Below are positions 1 through 8,742 of a stretch of 35,681 nucleotides of DNA, piece after piece. Within the stretch, counting starts at the first letter, position 1; the number at the start of each line of letters is the position of its first letter. Origin of the DNA: Caldisericaceae bacterium (GTDB lineage: Bacteria; Calditrichota; Calditrichia; Calditrichales; Calditrichaceae); the NCBI GenBank assembly GCA_021160885.1, contig JAGHBR010000181.1, positions 1 through 35,681 of the forward strand, given 5' to 3'. Both the position numbers and the translations under genes were made by a program. Below the pieces are notes generated by a model. The model saw only the letters and a program-made list of their open reading frames with translations, had not been told where the DNA came from and made no database searches.

Positions 1-69
1 GTATCGACGGCTGGAACAATTCGACAAAGCCGATTCTATTTTCCATGCCTTATTAAAGCGAGCATTACC
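1..69 (+). repeat. 69-bp exact direct copy of 491-559, probably a chimeric contig end
   Basis: gtatcgacgg...gagcattacc at 1-69 is identical to 491-559. The copies diverge at base 70 (t) versus 560 (g), and the first copy is out of frame with the ORF that follows. Confidence 0.95.
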
Positions 70-74
70 TGAAC

Positions 75-2120
75 ATGGTAATCAAAGCCGATGAAAACAA
101 TATTGAAGCCCATTATCAAATGGCTATTGCCGACCGGCAGGATGCTATTGGACGCGATCAGATATGGAAACGCATTATGTGGCGCAATTCCAAAAAGCAT
201 TTCTTAAAAGTTATTGAATTAGATTCAACGTACAAAGAAGTGTTTAACGAATTCGCTCATCTCAAACTTCAGCAGGAAGAATATGAAGACGCCATCAACC
301 TGTGCCTGAGACAATTGCGCATTAAGCCCAAAGCGCCCAATGCCCGTTATGACATTTTCCAGTTTTACGATTCCTTTCTCTACCATGGAGGCGAAACAGC
401 CATCATTCAAACACGTAACAAAGATAAATATCAGCTTAAATGGCTGAAACAAAGAAATGGCCCATACGATCAATATTTTTTAGGCGAAAAGTATCGACGG
501 CTGGAACAATTCGACAAAGCCGATTCTATTTTCCATGCCTTATTAAAGCGAGCATTACCGTTTCCCAAAGCGCCCATTTACCTGTCGCTGGTGCGCCTTT
601 ACTACCAGACGAATCAACCCGAAATTGCTGAAAAAACGTACTGGCAAGCAATTGACCAGTTAAAACAATTCTGGGAAATGCGTTTTGTGTTTGATGATAT
701 CAAATACATCATGACAGATCGCGATTTGCGTCAGCGTTTCAAATCGTTAAAAGCCGTCAAAGATTTTTACAGACGCTTTTGGAATAAACACAATCCCTTA
801 GGCAGTTTGCCTTACAATCCGCGCCTGGCTGAACACTATCGGCGTCTGATTAAAGCTGAAAAAGATTTCGTTTATGACCGTATCAGGCTGGAAATCAACA
901 ATCCCGACCGTCTTGGTGTTTTGAAACTGCCCCAGATTGTTTTACGAAACACTAAGTTCAATGACAAAGGTCTTGTTTACATTCGTTACGGCGAACCGGA
1001 TGACCGCGCCGTGGCTTTAAACGATGGTATGGCGTCTAATGAATCCTGGCTTTATTACCCAACAGCTTACAATCCTAAACTGATCTTCCATTTTGAAATT
1101 TCGGAGCATGCACCGCCCGGAGACTGGCGACTGGTACCAGTACCTTCGGATCGTAATATGCTTGAATCCAGACTGGGGTGGGATCCCACTTTAGACCGTT
1201 ATCTGTTTGCCAACAATGAACTGGAGGCTCGATCGGTACTACATGAACTGCGCATGAAGGCCGAAAATACCATTCCGGCTGCCATGGAAAGAGAACGCCC
1301 CACCTGGAGCGACACATTAAAACCGATTAACCTCAATCTTACCTCGGCTCGCTTTCGCTCGCAAAATTTAAAAAACGACTACCTGATTTGGGTGAGCATC
1401 GACCTGAACTCTGTAGACAATTTAACCAGCAATGAAGACACTATTTACATGGAAACCGGACTGGCTGTTTTCGATTCTACCTGGCAGCAATTAAAACGCT
1501 TTTTAAACGTTACTCCTGTCTTTTTAAAAGACACGGTTCATATTTTTCACAACCACTACATTTTGCCCTACACCTTTGAATCAGATCAGGACAAGCTCTA
1601 CCTTTCTACTCACGTTCGTAGCACCAAAGGGAAACAATTAGGTGGTTTCCGTTTTGCGCTTGACTCGCAACCTTTTGATCCCAAAGCCCTGAACATCAGT
1701 GATCTGGTTCTGGGACGTAAAATTGAGCCCTCTACCCAAAAGTCACCATATGTTTTTCACAACATGTTTATCGAGCCCAATCTCACTTTTAAATTTGACC
1801 GTGATCAACTGGTCTATTTGTATTTTGAGCTTTACAATTTAACGCTGAAAAATGGCCAAACGGAATATGAAATTACGCAAATTGTGCGTCCGGTTAAAAC
1901 AAAGAATTTATTTACTAACTTTAAACGATTACTTGGCATTGGCACAAAGGAGATTTTGATTACTCGTAATCAGGTAGGGGCATCACCTACAGCAGCCGAA
2001 TATTCAGCCTTTGATTTTTCAGCTTTGCCAACCGGCAAGAAGGAATTGGTAATTATGGTGAAGGATTTGAATAGCGGGCAAAAGGTGAGTAATAAAATAG
2101 AATTTGAGCTGGTAGATTGA
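75..2120 (+). CDS. TPR-containing GWxTD-domain protein, probably 5'-truncated
   Basis: 681-aa ORF with TPR-like helical segments in the N-terminal half. FYRRFWNKHNP...NPRLAEHYRRL...NDKGLVYIRYGEPD...ESWLYY matches the GWxTD family core, with the GW itself degenerate. There is no signal peptide, and the ORF begins inside a TPR-like motif (HYLN-MVIKADENNIEAHYQMA). Confidence 0.8.
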   Translation: MVIKADENNIEAHYQMAIADRQDAIGRDQIWKRIMWRNSKKHFLKVIELDSTYKEVFNEFAHLKLQQEEYEDAINLCLRQLRIKPKAPNARYDIFQFYDSFLYHGGETAIIQTRNKDKYQLKWLKQRNGPYDQYFLGEKYRRLEQFDKADSIFHALLKRALPFPKAPIYLSLVRLYYQTNQPEIAEKTYWQAIDQLKQFWEMRFVFDDIKYIMTDRDLRQRFKSLKAVKDFYRRFWNKHNPLGSLPYNPRLAEHYRRLIKAEKDFVYDRIRLEINNPDRLGVLKLPQIVLRNTKFNDKGLVYIRYGEPDDRAVALNDGMASNESWLYYPTAYNPKLIFHFEISEHAPPGDWRLVPVPSDRNMLESRLGWDPTLDRYLFANNELEARSVLHELRMKAENTIPAAMERERPTWSDTLKPINLNLTSARFRSQNLKNDYLIWVSIDLNSVDNLTSNEDTIYMETGLAVFDSTWQQLKRFLNVTPVFLKDTVHIFHNHYILPYTFESDQDKLYLSTHVRSTKGKQLGGFRFALDSQPFDPKALNISDLVLGRKIEPSTQKSPYVFHNMFIEPNLTFKFDRDQLVYLYFELYNLTLKNGQTEYEITQIVRPVKTKNLFTNFKRLLGIGTKEILITRNQVGASPTAAEYSAFDFSALPTGKKELVIMVKDLNSGQKVSNKIEFELVD

Positions 2121-2124
2121 ACAA

Positions 2125-2182
2125 TAAGAGTGTAAGGGTATAAGGGTGTAAGGGTTAAGGGTAAGTAAGTAAGTAAGTAAGT
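2125..2182 (+). repeat. Degenerate 8-mer (TAAGGGTR) repeats grading into a (TAAG)n tetramer run
   Basis: taagagtg taagggta taagggtg taagggt taaggg followed by five taag units, starting 4 nt after the GWxTD stop codon. Confidence 0.85.
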
Positions 2183-2283
2183 GCTGAATTGGAATGGTTG
2201 TATATTGGACATATCCAAAGTGAGACAATGTTAAAAAGGCAACTTGAATCACAAAAGCTGAGGGATGTGCTTGTTTCGTGAAA

Positions 2284-2334
2284 ATCCCCCCTTCAGTTCC
2301 CCCCTTAGTAGGGGGGGAAACTAAAAAGGGGGAT
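2284..2334. repeat. GC-rich imperfect palindrome (REP-like element or possible terminator)
   Basis: ATCCCCCCTT-CAGTT-CCCCCCT-tagt-AGGGGGGG-AAACT-AAAAAGGGGGAT forms a long stem-loop between convergent genes. Confidence 0.7.
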
Positions 2335-2603
2335 AAAAAAGGTTCATAAATATATTTCATACTAAATTCTTAAAAAATGAGCATCAATTGCAAAGGGAAG
2401 GGAGAACCGCAGTGCTGGCTGGTAAGAATTAACCTTAAAGTGTGGAACCCTTCCCTGCGGGCAGGGGAGAGTGACCGAGACGCAGGCAAAGGTTGCTTTA
2501 GGGTAATTTAACAGAGTTTAAAACAAAAATTATTCAACATCATATTTATTTTTACATCTGAGTCCCCCATTAATTTCCTCCGATCCAGAACGGTGAAAAG
2601 GTA

Positions 2604-2631
2604 TTTCGGATTTCGAAATTCGAGTTTCGAA
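2604..2631. repeat. 7-mer WTTCGRR repeats forming a near-perfect palindrome
   Basis: tttcgga tttcgaa attcgag tttcgaa. Bases 2612-2631 (ttcgaaattcgagtttcgaa) are almost self-complementary and are followed by a T run. Confidence 0.7.
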
Positions 2632-2680
2632 TTTTTTAATCTTTGGGATGGTCGATGCAACAAACAAAGCAAAAAAACTC

Positions 2681-2715
2681 ATTCAAAGCTCAACATTCAA
2701 AATTTAAAATTTCTT
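2681..2715. repeat. Degenerate ATTCAAA heptamer array, similar to 14198-14231
   Basis: attcaaa gctcaac attcaaa atttaaa atttctt, lying just downstream (minus sense) of the stop at 2742. Confidence 0.65.
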
Positions 2716-2741
2716 AAGTCCTGGATTTTTTAAAAAAAGTT

Positions 2742-4058
2742 CTAAAATCGATTGATGAGATCAACTGGACTGAAATTCTGCTGTAAATCCAATAATTCGT
2801 CACTAATTTTTTGCAGGCGTTTGTACAAAGCCTGTTCATAAATTTGATCAACCATGCCGATTATTTTTTCTGCATCCAGGTTCAGGTCAAATCCGGCCAT
2901 CATGGAATAAACGCCAAAGGGCCAGGAAAAAATCAATTCTTTCATCTTTCCCTTAAATGGCAATACAAGATCGCCAATTTGAAGTTCCTGTAACCGTCTG
3001 CCATTCCCCTCCTGTTCAGAATGAAAGGGAATGACAATTGATGGTTTACCAGTTAGCAAAACCTCCATCATGGAGCCATAACCACCGTGGTGAATCACCA
3101 GATCGCTTTTACGAATGGCTGAAAGACCATCTACCCAATCCACAAAAAGAACATTGGTTGACCGACCGTTTAGACTTTTAGCCGGTACTAGACCACCAGT
3201 AGAAACCAGTACTCTGAAATCACGCCTGTCAAAAACATTCAGGATGGCTTCAAAAAACTGTTGCTGTCCAAAACGATTAGCCCCACCGCCTGCTGTTACA
3301 TAAATGTTTGGAACATCAGCCGGATGCTCAAAAAATGGAATTCGATGATCAACTACGGAATTTTCAGTCAAAGGGCCACAATGGAGAACATATTTTTTAT
3401 CATTGTCCAATGGTTCAATTTTTTGAGAAGCAGGAATTAAATAAAGATCGCCGCGCAACAAGTCTTCCGCTTTTTGCACATCGCTAATAGCCAGTTTTTC
3501 CAACAGATGTTCAAATGGTTCCACAGCGTGGGGTTCCACCATTTTGGGCGGTTGTTCCATCCACCAGAAAAACTGCGGATCAGGTGGGAATCCGGCCAAT
3601 CGTGTAATTTGCACAACGGGCAATGAAAATTTTTTGCCGAGCAAATAGGTTAAAAAATGCGTATCCCCAATTAAAAGATCGGGTTTAAATTGTTCTACAA
3701 TTTTATTTAATTTTTTAAAACGGCGGTTTACAATAGATCTGGATAGGTATTGATCGCGCGGCACCTGATAAGCAAGTCCGGAAAACATGAGAAAAACCGG
3801 CATTTTTTCCGGAGGATCAATCATTTTAATGCGCGGCCAAAAGGGCTTTTTAAACTGGAATTTAAAAAACTTTTCCTTTCTGGTATCCAGTAAAAAAGTA
3901 TTAATACCGGCTTCAATACCTTCCTGATAATGTTTGTTTTCTAATACAAGTGCAACCTGAGCTCCGGCTGCTCTCAATTTTTTAGCCAGATAAATGCAGC
4001 GGCTCACGTGTCCGCGTCCGCCACCATGATCGCTGGGAAGTAGCAAAATACGTTTCAT
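2742..4058 (-). CDS. GT-B glycosyltransferase, GT1/GT28 (MGT/UDP-glycosyltransferase-like)
   Basis: N-terminal GGGRGHVSRCIYLAKKL and C-terminal DWVD...DLVIHHGGYGSMMEVLLTGKPSIVIPFHSEQEGNG (UDP-sugar binding signature). The ATG at 4058 is preferred to the TTG at 4070 because it follows the upstream stop and a GAGG. Confidence 0.85.
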   Translation of the reverse strand: MKRILLLPSDHGGGRGHVSRCIYLAKKLRAAGAQVALVLENKHYQEGIEAGINTFLLDTRKEKFFKFQFKKPFWPRIKMIDPPEKMPVFLMFSGLAYQVPRDQYLSRSIVNRRFKKLNKIVEQFKPDLLIGDTHFLTYLLGKKFSLPVVQITRLAGFPPDPQFFWWMEQPPKMVEPHAVEPFEHLLEKLAISDVQKAEDLLRGDLYLIPASQKIEPLDNDKKYVLHCGPLTENSVVDHRIPFFEHPADVPNIYVTAGGGANRFGQQQFFEAILNVFDRRDFRVLVSTGGLVPAKSLNGRSTNVLFVDWVDGLSAIRKSDLVIHHGGYGSMMEVLLTGKPSIVIPFHSEQEGNGRRLQELQIGDLVLPFKGKMKELIFSWPFGVYSMMAGFDLNLDAEKIIGMVDQIYEQALYKRLQKISDELLDLQQNFSPVDLINRF

Positions 4059-4059
4059 G

Positions 4060-6540
4060 CTACTGTACAACCTCTTTCAATATCTCAACTGTACCCGTTT
4101 GACCGTTCACTTTAATCCATTGTCCTGTTCTAATTTTTAACGTGGCATCCTTTACAGCCGCAACCATGGGAATGCTAAATTCTCTGGCAATAATGGCCCC
4201 ATGCGAAAGCGCGCCACCGATTTCAGTTACAATTCCTCCGGCCATAGCCATTAATGGCGTCCAGCCTGGATTGGTTGCCCTGGTAATTAAAATGTCGCCA
4301 GGCATGAATTGATTGCTCTGCGTTTGTGCGTCTAAAACTACACAGGCCCGGCCTTCGGCAATTCCGGCGCTGCAGGGTAACCCAACCAATGCATGGCCAC
4401 TTTTTTCTTCCTCAAAAACAGGCAGCCATTTCTGTCCAATTTGCTTAATTCTAAATGGCTGGGGCTCTCGTAAATATTTTTCTCGTTCTGCTTTTCTTTG
4501 TTTAACTAAAAACAAAACATCCTCTTTTTGCAACTTATTGGCAAAAATTTGTCGTAGTTCTTCAATCCGAACAAAGAAGATATCTTCTTTGTTATCAAGA
4601 TATTGGAAGCTGATTAAAATTAATTGCTGTCTTAAAAAATCCAGCCACTTAAGAATTTTTTGTTTAAGAGATTCACGGTAAAAACTAAAATATTCTGCTT
4701 TATTAAGCAAGTGATTAAACAAAAATTTTCTAACTTTTTTACCATCTTTTTCTAATTCTTGTTGAAAAATTTTGATCATCTTTCGGCGGTCAGCCTCTGT
4801 TTGCTTGTATTGTTTATTCATCGAATAATAACCATCTGCAGCGGAAACGTAGCTTTTTAAAGTATTAAAGATGTAATTCAAATCTTCGCGCCAACGCGGA
4901 TAGCTTATCTCGAACTCATGTAAAGCAGCATAACCAAACCCTTCTATGAACAAGTTGAGTTCTTTTTTCAAAACATCAGTCTCTGGTAAATTCTGCCACC
5001 AGGTCATCAACTCGTCTGCTTCTTTAGTAATAAAAATGTTTCGGTAACGTTCATTCTCGCTAATCCAATGGGCAATTTCCCACAGAGCCAGAGTTGGTTT
5101 TACGCTTTCTACCTGTCCAATGCCCTGCAGTAACTTACTGGCATCAACTTCTTTGTTTTTGAAAGTTTCATGGCAAAATTTATCTAATAACTGATAGTAA
5201 AGTTCAGCCAGAATAGTTGCGCTCACATGAATTTTCATAAGTGTGTTTAATATTTTAATGATCTGTCTCAAACTTTGGCCGGGTTTTAATGACTTTTGTG
5301 TTTGTCTGAACTCTCTAAATTTTTTTTCTTGCCAGTTTAAAACCTTTTGAATTTTCCCTGGTAATTGGCGGCTAAAATTAAGCAGGCGCGCCAGCAGCCA
5401 GCCAAATTTTAAAGCACTTAGCCCGTTTTGCCATTTGCTTCGTCCTTTAATCAGGTAATTGCTCAGGTAAAAACTGTTAATCAGCTTTTGATAAGCATTA
5501 TGGTTAAAATAAACCAAACCATGATAAACTGTAAAAAGCCGTTTTTCCGCTAATCGAATACCTGCTCTTTTTAAAAAGAAATGATAAGCGTTGTTGGTCA
5601 TTGGTTCCAGAATGCTCCAGCTAAAAGGCGTTACAACGTCCGGAATGACCTCACCCACATTTTCACGAGTCCAGAGAATGGTGTTTTTTAAGGTTGTCAC
5701 CGGTCTGAATTGCAGAAAATAAAATTGCTGATTAGCATAAGCCCACTCCACATCCACCGCCTCACCGGCCAGCTTTTCCAGGCGTAGTATTTCTTCAACA
5801 AAACCATTTAAATTTTTTACAGAAAAGTTCTCTGGCAAAAAGTCATCCCTCTTAAGCGGGTCAATTTTTAATTGCTGAGGCGTAACCTGACCGCTGACTA
5901 ACTGTTCGCCCAGGCCCTGGACATACTCAATAATCAATTCATTATTGCCCGTAGGCTCCGGATTTCCGGAAAAGGCTACGCCGGCAAATTCTGCCGCCAA
6001 CATTTCCTGCAAAATGACAGCCATCCCCAATTCAGGAAAGTTCAGCTGGTGTTTTAAGATGTACTGCCAGCCGCCCGGTTCAAATATTGAAGCCCATACT
6101 TTTTTAATGGCCGTCCAGATTGCCGTAACTTCAATTGGAACGTTTAAAACCGTGCTAAATTGACCGGCGTAGGAGTGTGTCTGGCTATCTTCACTGAGAG
6201 CAGAAGAACGCACTGCAAGATAACTGATTCCTCTTGCCTGCCATTGCTCAATTAGTCCTTCGAGTTCAGCTTTTAAATCAAACTCCAATTCCAAGGTAAG
6301 AATATGGTTCTGAATTTTTTGCAGTAATTCTTGTAAGTCTGCGCTCTTATTTAACCAATTAGCTTTAAGTGTTTTCAGTTCGGGCAGCCGGACAATTTTT
6401 CGTTCAAAAGCAGAAGCACACAAAACTTTGGTAAGCGGTACATTAAATCCCCAGTTTAATAAACGGTTTAGATTCACCGCTTTAGCGCCAAATTCCCGTA
6501 CCGATTTGACTTGCTTAAGGTCAAAAATTTTTCTACTCAT
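4060..6540 (-). CDS. PEP-utilizing family enzyme with RPH/PigC architecture: PPDK-type ATP-grasp, central substrate domain, C-terminal phospho-His swivel domain
   Basis: GAKAVNL, AVRSSALSEDSQTHSYAGQFSTVLNV, MAVILQEM, GLGEQLVSG and DVEWA...LQFRPVT mark the ATP-grasp. The central region has WTRENVGEVIPDVVTP and PRWRED. The C-terminus has TNPGWTPLM...EIGGALSHGAIIAREFSIP with the phosphorylatable His. There is no pyruvate-binding TIM barrel. Confidence 0.9.
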   Translation of the reverse strand: MSRKIFDLKQVKSVREFGAKAVNLNRLLNWGFNVPLTKVLCASAFERKIVRLPELKTLKANWLNKSADLQELLQKIQNHILTLELEFDLKAELEGLIEQWQARGISYLAVRSSALSEDSQTHSYAGQFSTVLNVPIEVTAIWTAIKKVWASIFEPGGWQYILKHQLNFPELGMAVILQEMLAAEFAGVAFSGNPEPTGNNELIIEYVQGLGEQLVSGQVTPQQLKIDPLKRDDFLPENFSVKNLNGFVEEILRLEKLAGEAVDVEWAYANQQFYFLQFRPVTTLKNTILWTRENVGEVIPDVVTPFSWSILEPMTNNAYHFFLKRAGIRLAEKRLFTVYHGLVYFNHNAYQKLINSFYLSNYLIKGRSKWQNGLSALKFGWLLARLLNFSRQLPGKIQKVLNWQEKKFREFRQTQKSLKPGQSLRQIIKILNTLMKIHVSATILAELYYQLLDKFCHETFKNKEVDASKLLQGIGQVESVKPTLALWEIAHWISENERYRNIFITKEADELMTWWQNLPETDVLKKELNLFIEGFGYAALHEFEISYPRWREDLNYIFNTLKSYVSAADGYYSMNKQYKQTEADRRKMIKIFQQELEKDGKKVRKFLFNHLLNKAEYFSFYRESLKQKILKWLDFLRQQLILISFQYLDNKEDIFFVRIEELRQIFANKLQKEDVLFLVKQRKAEREKYLREPQPFRIKQIGQKWLPVFEEEKSGHALVGLPCSAGIAEGRACVVLDAQTQSNQFMPGDILITRATNPGWTPLMAMAGGIVTEIGGALSHGAIIAREFSIPMVAAVKDATLKIRTGQWIKVNGQTGTVEILKEVVQ

Positions 6541-7492
6541 TTAAGAACATCTCTTCGCCAAAAATTTCTACTTTTTCTCTGGTTTTAGTAGTAGCTAACC
6601 AGCGTTTACGGAAATATTGTCCATTGGTTAGCCATCCAGCAAGCCATTTCAATGATTTCTTTTGCACGGCAATTCCAGCCATCACTTCAATGATCTTCAT
6701 CGGTAAAGAAAAGATTCCAGGTGCAGTTGACACCATAAAACGTAAATCATCGATGATTTTTACTTCATTTAGAAAAAAATCAAATTGTCCCAAAACGCCG
6801 TTAATAGATATGTTCTGAGAACTAAAATCAATCTTTGCTTTTTCATCCACAGCGATGCTTTCTTTCCCGCATTTGACTAAAATATTGGAAAACCTTCCTT
6901 TCGCATCTTTAACTTTTCCAGCAATGATTAATTCATCATGCCATTTGATTTTAGCCCACAACCAGTAAGCCAGCTCCTTTTTCAAATTAATATTGCCACT
7001 GTTTGAATCCAGATATCCCATTCCATCGATGGTCGTATGATTAATTTCCTTTTCACCAGTTCCGGAATAGGTCATTTTTCCTGCGGCTCTGGCCAACGGC
7101 ATGAACAATTTCCATTGAAACGATTTGTTTGATTCTTCTTTAAATAATTCCAGATTTAATGGCAAACCTTCAACTTTTGGATGCTTTAACTCCAGTTGAA
7201 TCTGCACCTGCCCGGAAACAAATTCAAGAAATGCTTGCTGATCTTTAATTTCAAATCTTAATCTCAGATTAGTTTGTACTTCAATCAGAAAAGGGCTCGG
7301 GCGTTGAATGGCATCTTGCGGAATCACAAAAAAACGATGAAAAACTGGTTGATTCTGATAATAAACAAAGACATCAAAAATACAGATTTTAAATTGAGAC
7401 ATGAAAGGATGGGTGTGTAAGCTGAGAACAAGATCATAACCATCTCTTTGGTGCACATCAATGTAAAACCATTCGAAAAATAGCTGATTCAT
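6533..7492 (-). CDS. CrtC/AttH-fold protein (carotenoid 1,2-hydratase / tocopherol cyclase / kievitone hydratase-like)
   Basis: N-terminal FEWFYIDV (EWWYxD motif), FQWKLFMPLARA (compare HxW...P.ARV in CrtC), GMGYLDSNSG (compare G.aYLDSNxG) and a downstream WLW. Assignment is from remembered motifs only. Confidence 0.7.
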   Translation of the reverse strand: MNQLFFEWFYIDVHQRDGYDLVLSLHTHPFMSQFKICIFDVFVYYQNQPVFHRFFVIPQDAIQRPSPFLIEVQTNLRLRFEIKDQQAFLEFVSGQVQIQLELKHPKVEGLPLNLELFKEESNKSFQWKLFMPLARAAGKMTYSGTGEKEINHTTIDGMGYLDSNSGNINLKKELAYWLWAKIKWHDELIIAGKVKDAKGRFSNILVKCGKESIAVDEKAKIDFSSQNISINGVLGQFDFFLNEVKIIDDLRFMVSTAPGIFSLPMKIIEVMAGIAVQKKSLKWLAGWLTNGQYFRKRWLATTKTREKVEIFGEEMFLNE

Positions 7493-7513
7493 TGCAATCC
7501 TTTTAAAATTAAT

Positions 7514-7924
7514 TTACCTAGAAACAGGAATTTTGGTTTTGATTTTTTTCAGCCACCACCAGCCCAGCCAGGCTCCCAGAACATAGTAAATAAAATCACT
7601 CCAGACAAACGTTGTGCCCAGCACAACCTTTCCCAAATAAAAAGAACGCAACCAGGTCAAAAAGGGCGGATGCCAGAGCTGTGCAAATTCCAGCAAACTG
7701 GTAATCAGGAGAACTGTAACGGCGATGGATTTTTCTGACCACTGTAGATTAATAAAGGCGGCTATCATGCACCAGAAGGTAACATAAAGCAGGCCGCCCA
7801 GGGAATCATTTACCCAATGGGCCAGCGGGCCCTGGTAGGCTTTGGTTAAAAATCCAATGGGCGTAATAACCAAAACAGATAGACCCAGGGCAAATCGAAT
7901 TTTTAAAAGTGAATTACTCAACAT
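7514..7924 (-). CDS. DUF2809-type small membrane protein
   Basis: Hydrophobic helices with WVNDSLGGLLY, LEFAQLWHPPFLTWLR and GKVVLGTTFVWSDFIYY. The ATG at 7924 overlaps the upstream stop and is preferred to 7954. Confidence 0.75.
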   Translation of the reverse strand: MLSNSLLKIRFALGLSVLVITPIGFLTKAYQGPLAHWVNDSLGGLLYVTFWCMIAAFINLQWSEKSIAVTVLLITSLLEFAQLWHPPFLTWLRSFYLGKVVLGTTFVWSDFIYYVLGAWLGWWWLKKIKTKIPVSR

Positions 7925-8639
7925 TCTGAAAAAATTCAAAATATTTTTGTGCAATAGAATGAAATGGGCTACGCAGAACTAACATTTTGGCGTTTTCTTT
8001 GTACTTTTTGCGCATCTCATCCGGATACATGCTTTTTTGCCATTGACCTTTAAAAAACTGATCGTTAACCTGATTAAGCCGAGCAAAAATTTCGGCTTCT
8101 TTTTCGGCCTGGTTTCCTAAACAATTGAATTCAGCGCCAAATTTGCGGTTCACTTTTTGTATCAACACATCAAACTGCTGCACAATGGTTTCAAATGGCA
8201 CCACCACCAGAGACGTATGTACCTTTTTTAAAACTTTGTAAAAACGAATGTAAGCTTTTAAGTACAGGTCTGCATTCTGGGAACTTTGAAACACCATGAA
8301 AGAGGAAACGGCTTCAAGAGGAGCTCTGATTAAAAAAACGGCCGGGATATTCCATTTAACCGCTTGTAAAAGTTGAGCTGGTACATGTAAGTGGTGCGCA
8401 ATCTTCACATCGGGATTGGCCAGGCGAAAGGCAACAACCGCGTAAGAATTTGCAGAACGCGGAAACCCCTCAATGCAAATACCGGAATCCGGTTCAATTT
8501 TCATCCGATTAAACGGGTATCTTCGGGCAAAAAGTTTAAAATAGAAGGATGGAAATTGTCCTGCAAGACTTTGTAAATAGTAGAAAAAATCATTTCGGTT
8601 CAAGAGCGTTGATTCCTTTTTAAACAGCATCCTACCCAT
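7914..8639 (-). CDS. Sulfotransferase-like (PAPS-binding P-loop) protein
   Basis: ICIEGFPRSANSY resembles the 5'-PSB loop, FLIRAPLEAVSSF resembles the 3'-PB motif, and VVVPFET follows. The 35 extra N-terminal codons in the ORF track come from a MITE, so the start is placed at ATG 8639 (or 8630). Confidence 0.65.
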   Translation of the reverse strand: MGRMLFKKESTLLNRNDFFYYLQSLAGQFPSFYFKLFARRYPFNRMKIEPDSGICIEGFPRSANSYAVVAFRLANPDVKIAHHLHVPAQLLQAVKWNIPAVFLIRAPLEAVSSFMVFQSSQNADLYLKAYIRFYKVLKKVHTSLVVVPFETIVQQFDVLIQKVNRKFGAEFNCLGNQAEKEAEIFARLNQVNDQFFKGQWQKSMYPDEMRKKYKENAKMLVLRSPFHSIAQKYFEFFQNVE

Positions 8640-8645
8640 TAATTT

Positions 8646-8742
8646 GAAACCTTTGAAAAAATCGGGGGCTCTCCAAACCTGGCAACTTAGGGATTCCCGC
8701 TTGCGCGGGAATGACATTCTTAGTGATTTTTTCAAAGGTTTC
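8646..8742. mobile_element. 97-bp MITE with 18-bp perfect TIRs, 5-bp target duplication and an internal ATTCCC-N8-GGGAAT palindrome
   Basis: GAAACCTTTGAAAAAATC (8646-8663) and GATTTTTTCAAAGGTTTC (8725-8742) are exact reverse complements. AATTT is directly repeated at 8641-8645 and 8743-8747. The core attccc-gcttgcgc-gggaat is at 8693-8712. Confidence 0.85.

Noticed and set aside
2019-2360. 113-aa and 82-aa minus-strand ORFs (2019-2360, 1970-2218)
   Set aside because: They are low-complexity translations of the repeat arrays and hairpin, and they overlap the GWxTD gene antisense.
2125-2715. CRISPR array
   Set aside because: The repeats are 4-8 nt tandem units without unique spacers, and no cas genes are present. 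The same applies to 14127-14231.
4060-6540. ppsA/ppdK, or rifampin resistance gene rph
   Set aside because: The pyruvate/PEP-binding barrel of PpsA/PPDK is missing. The shared architecture with RPH does not establish substrate, and the gene is coupled inside a biosynthetic operon.
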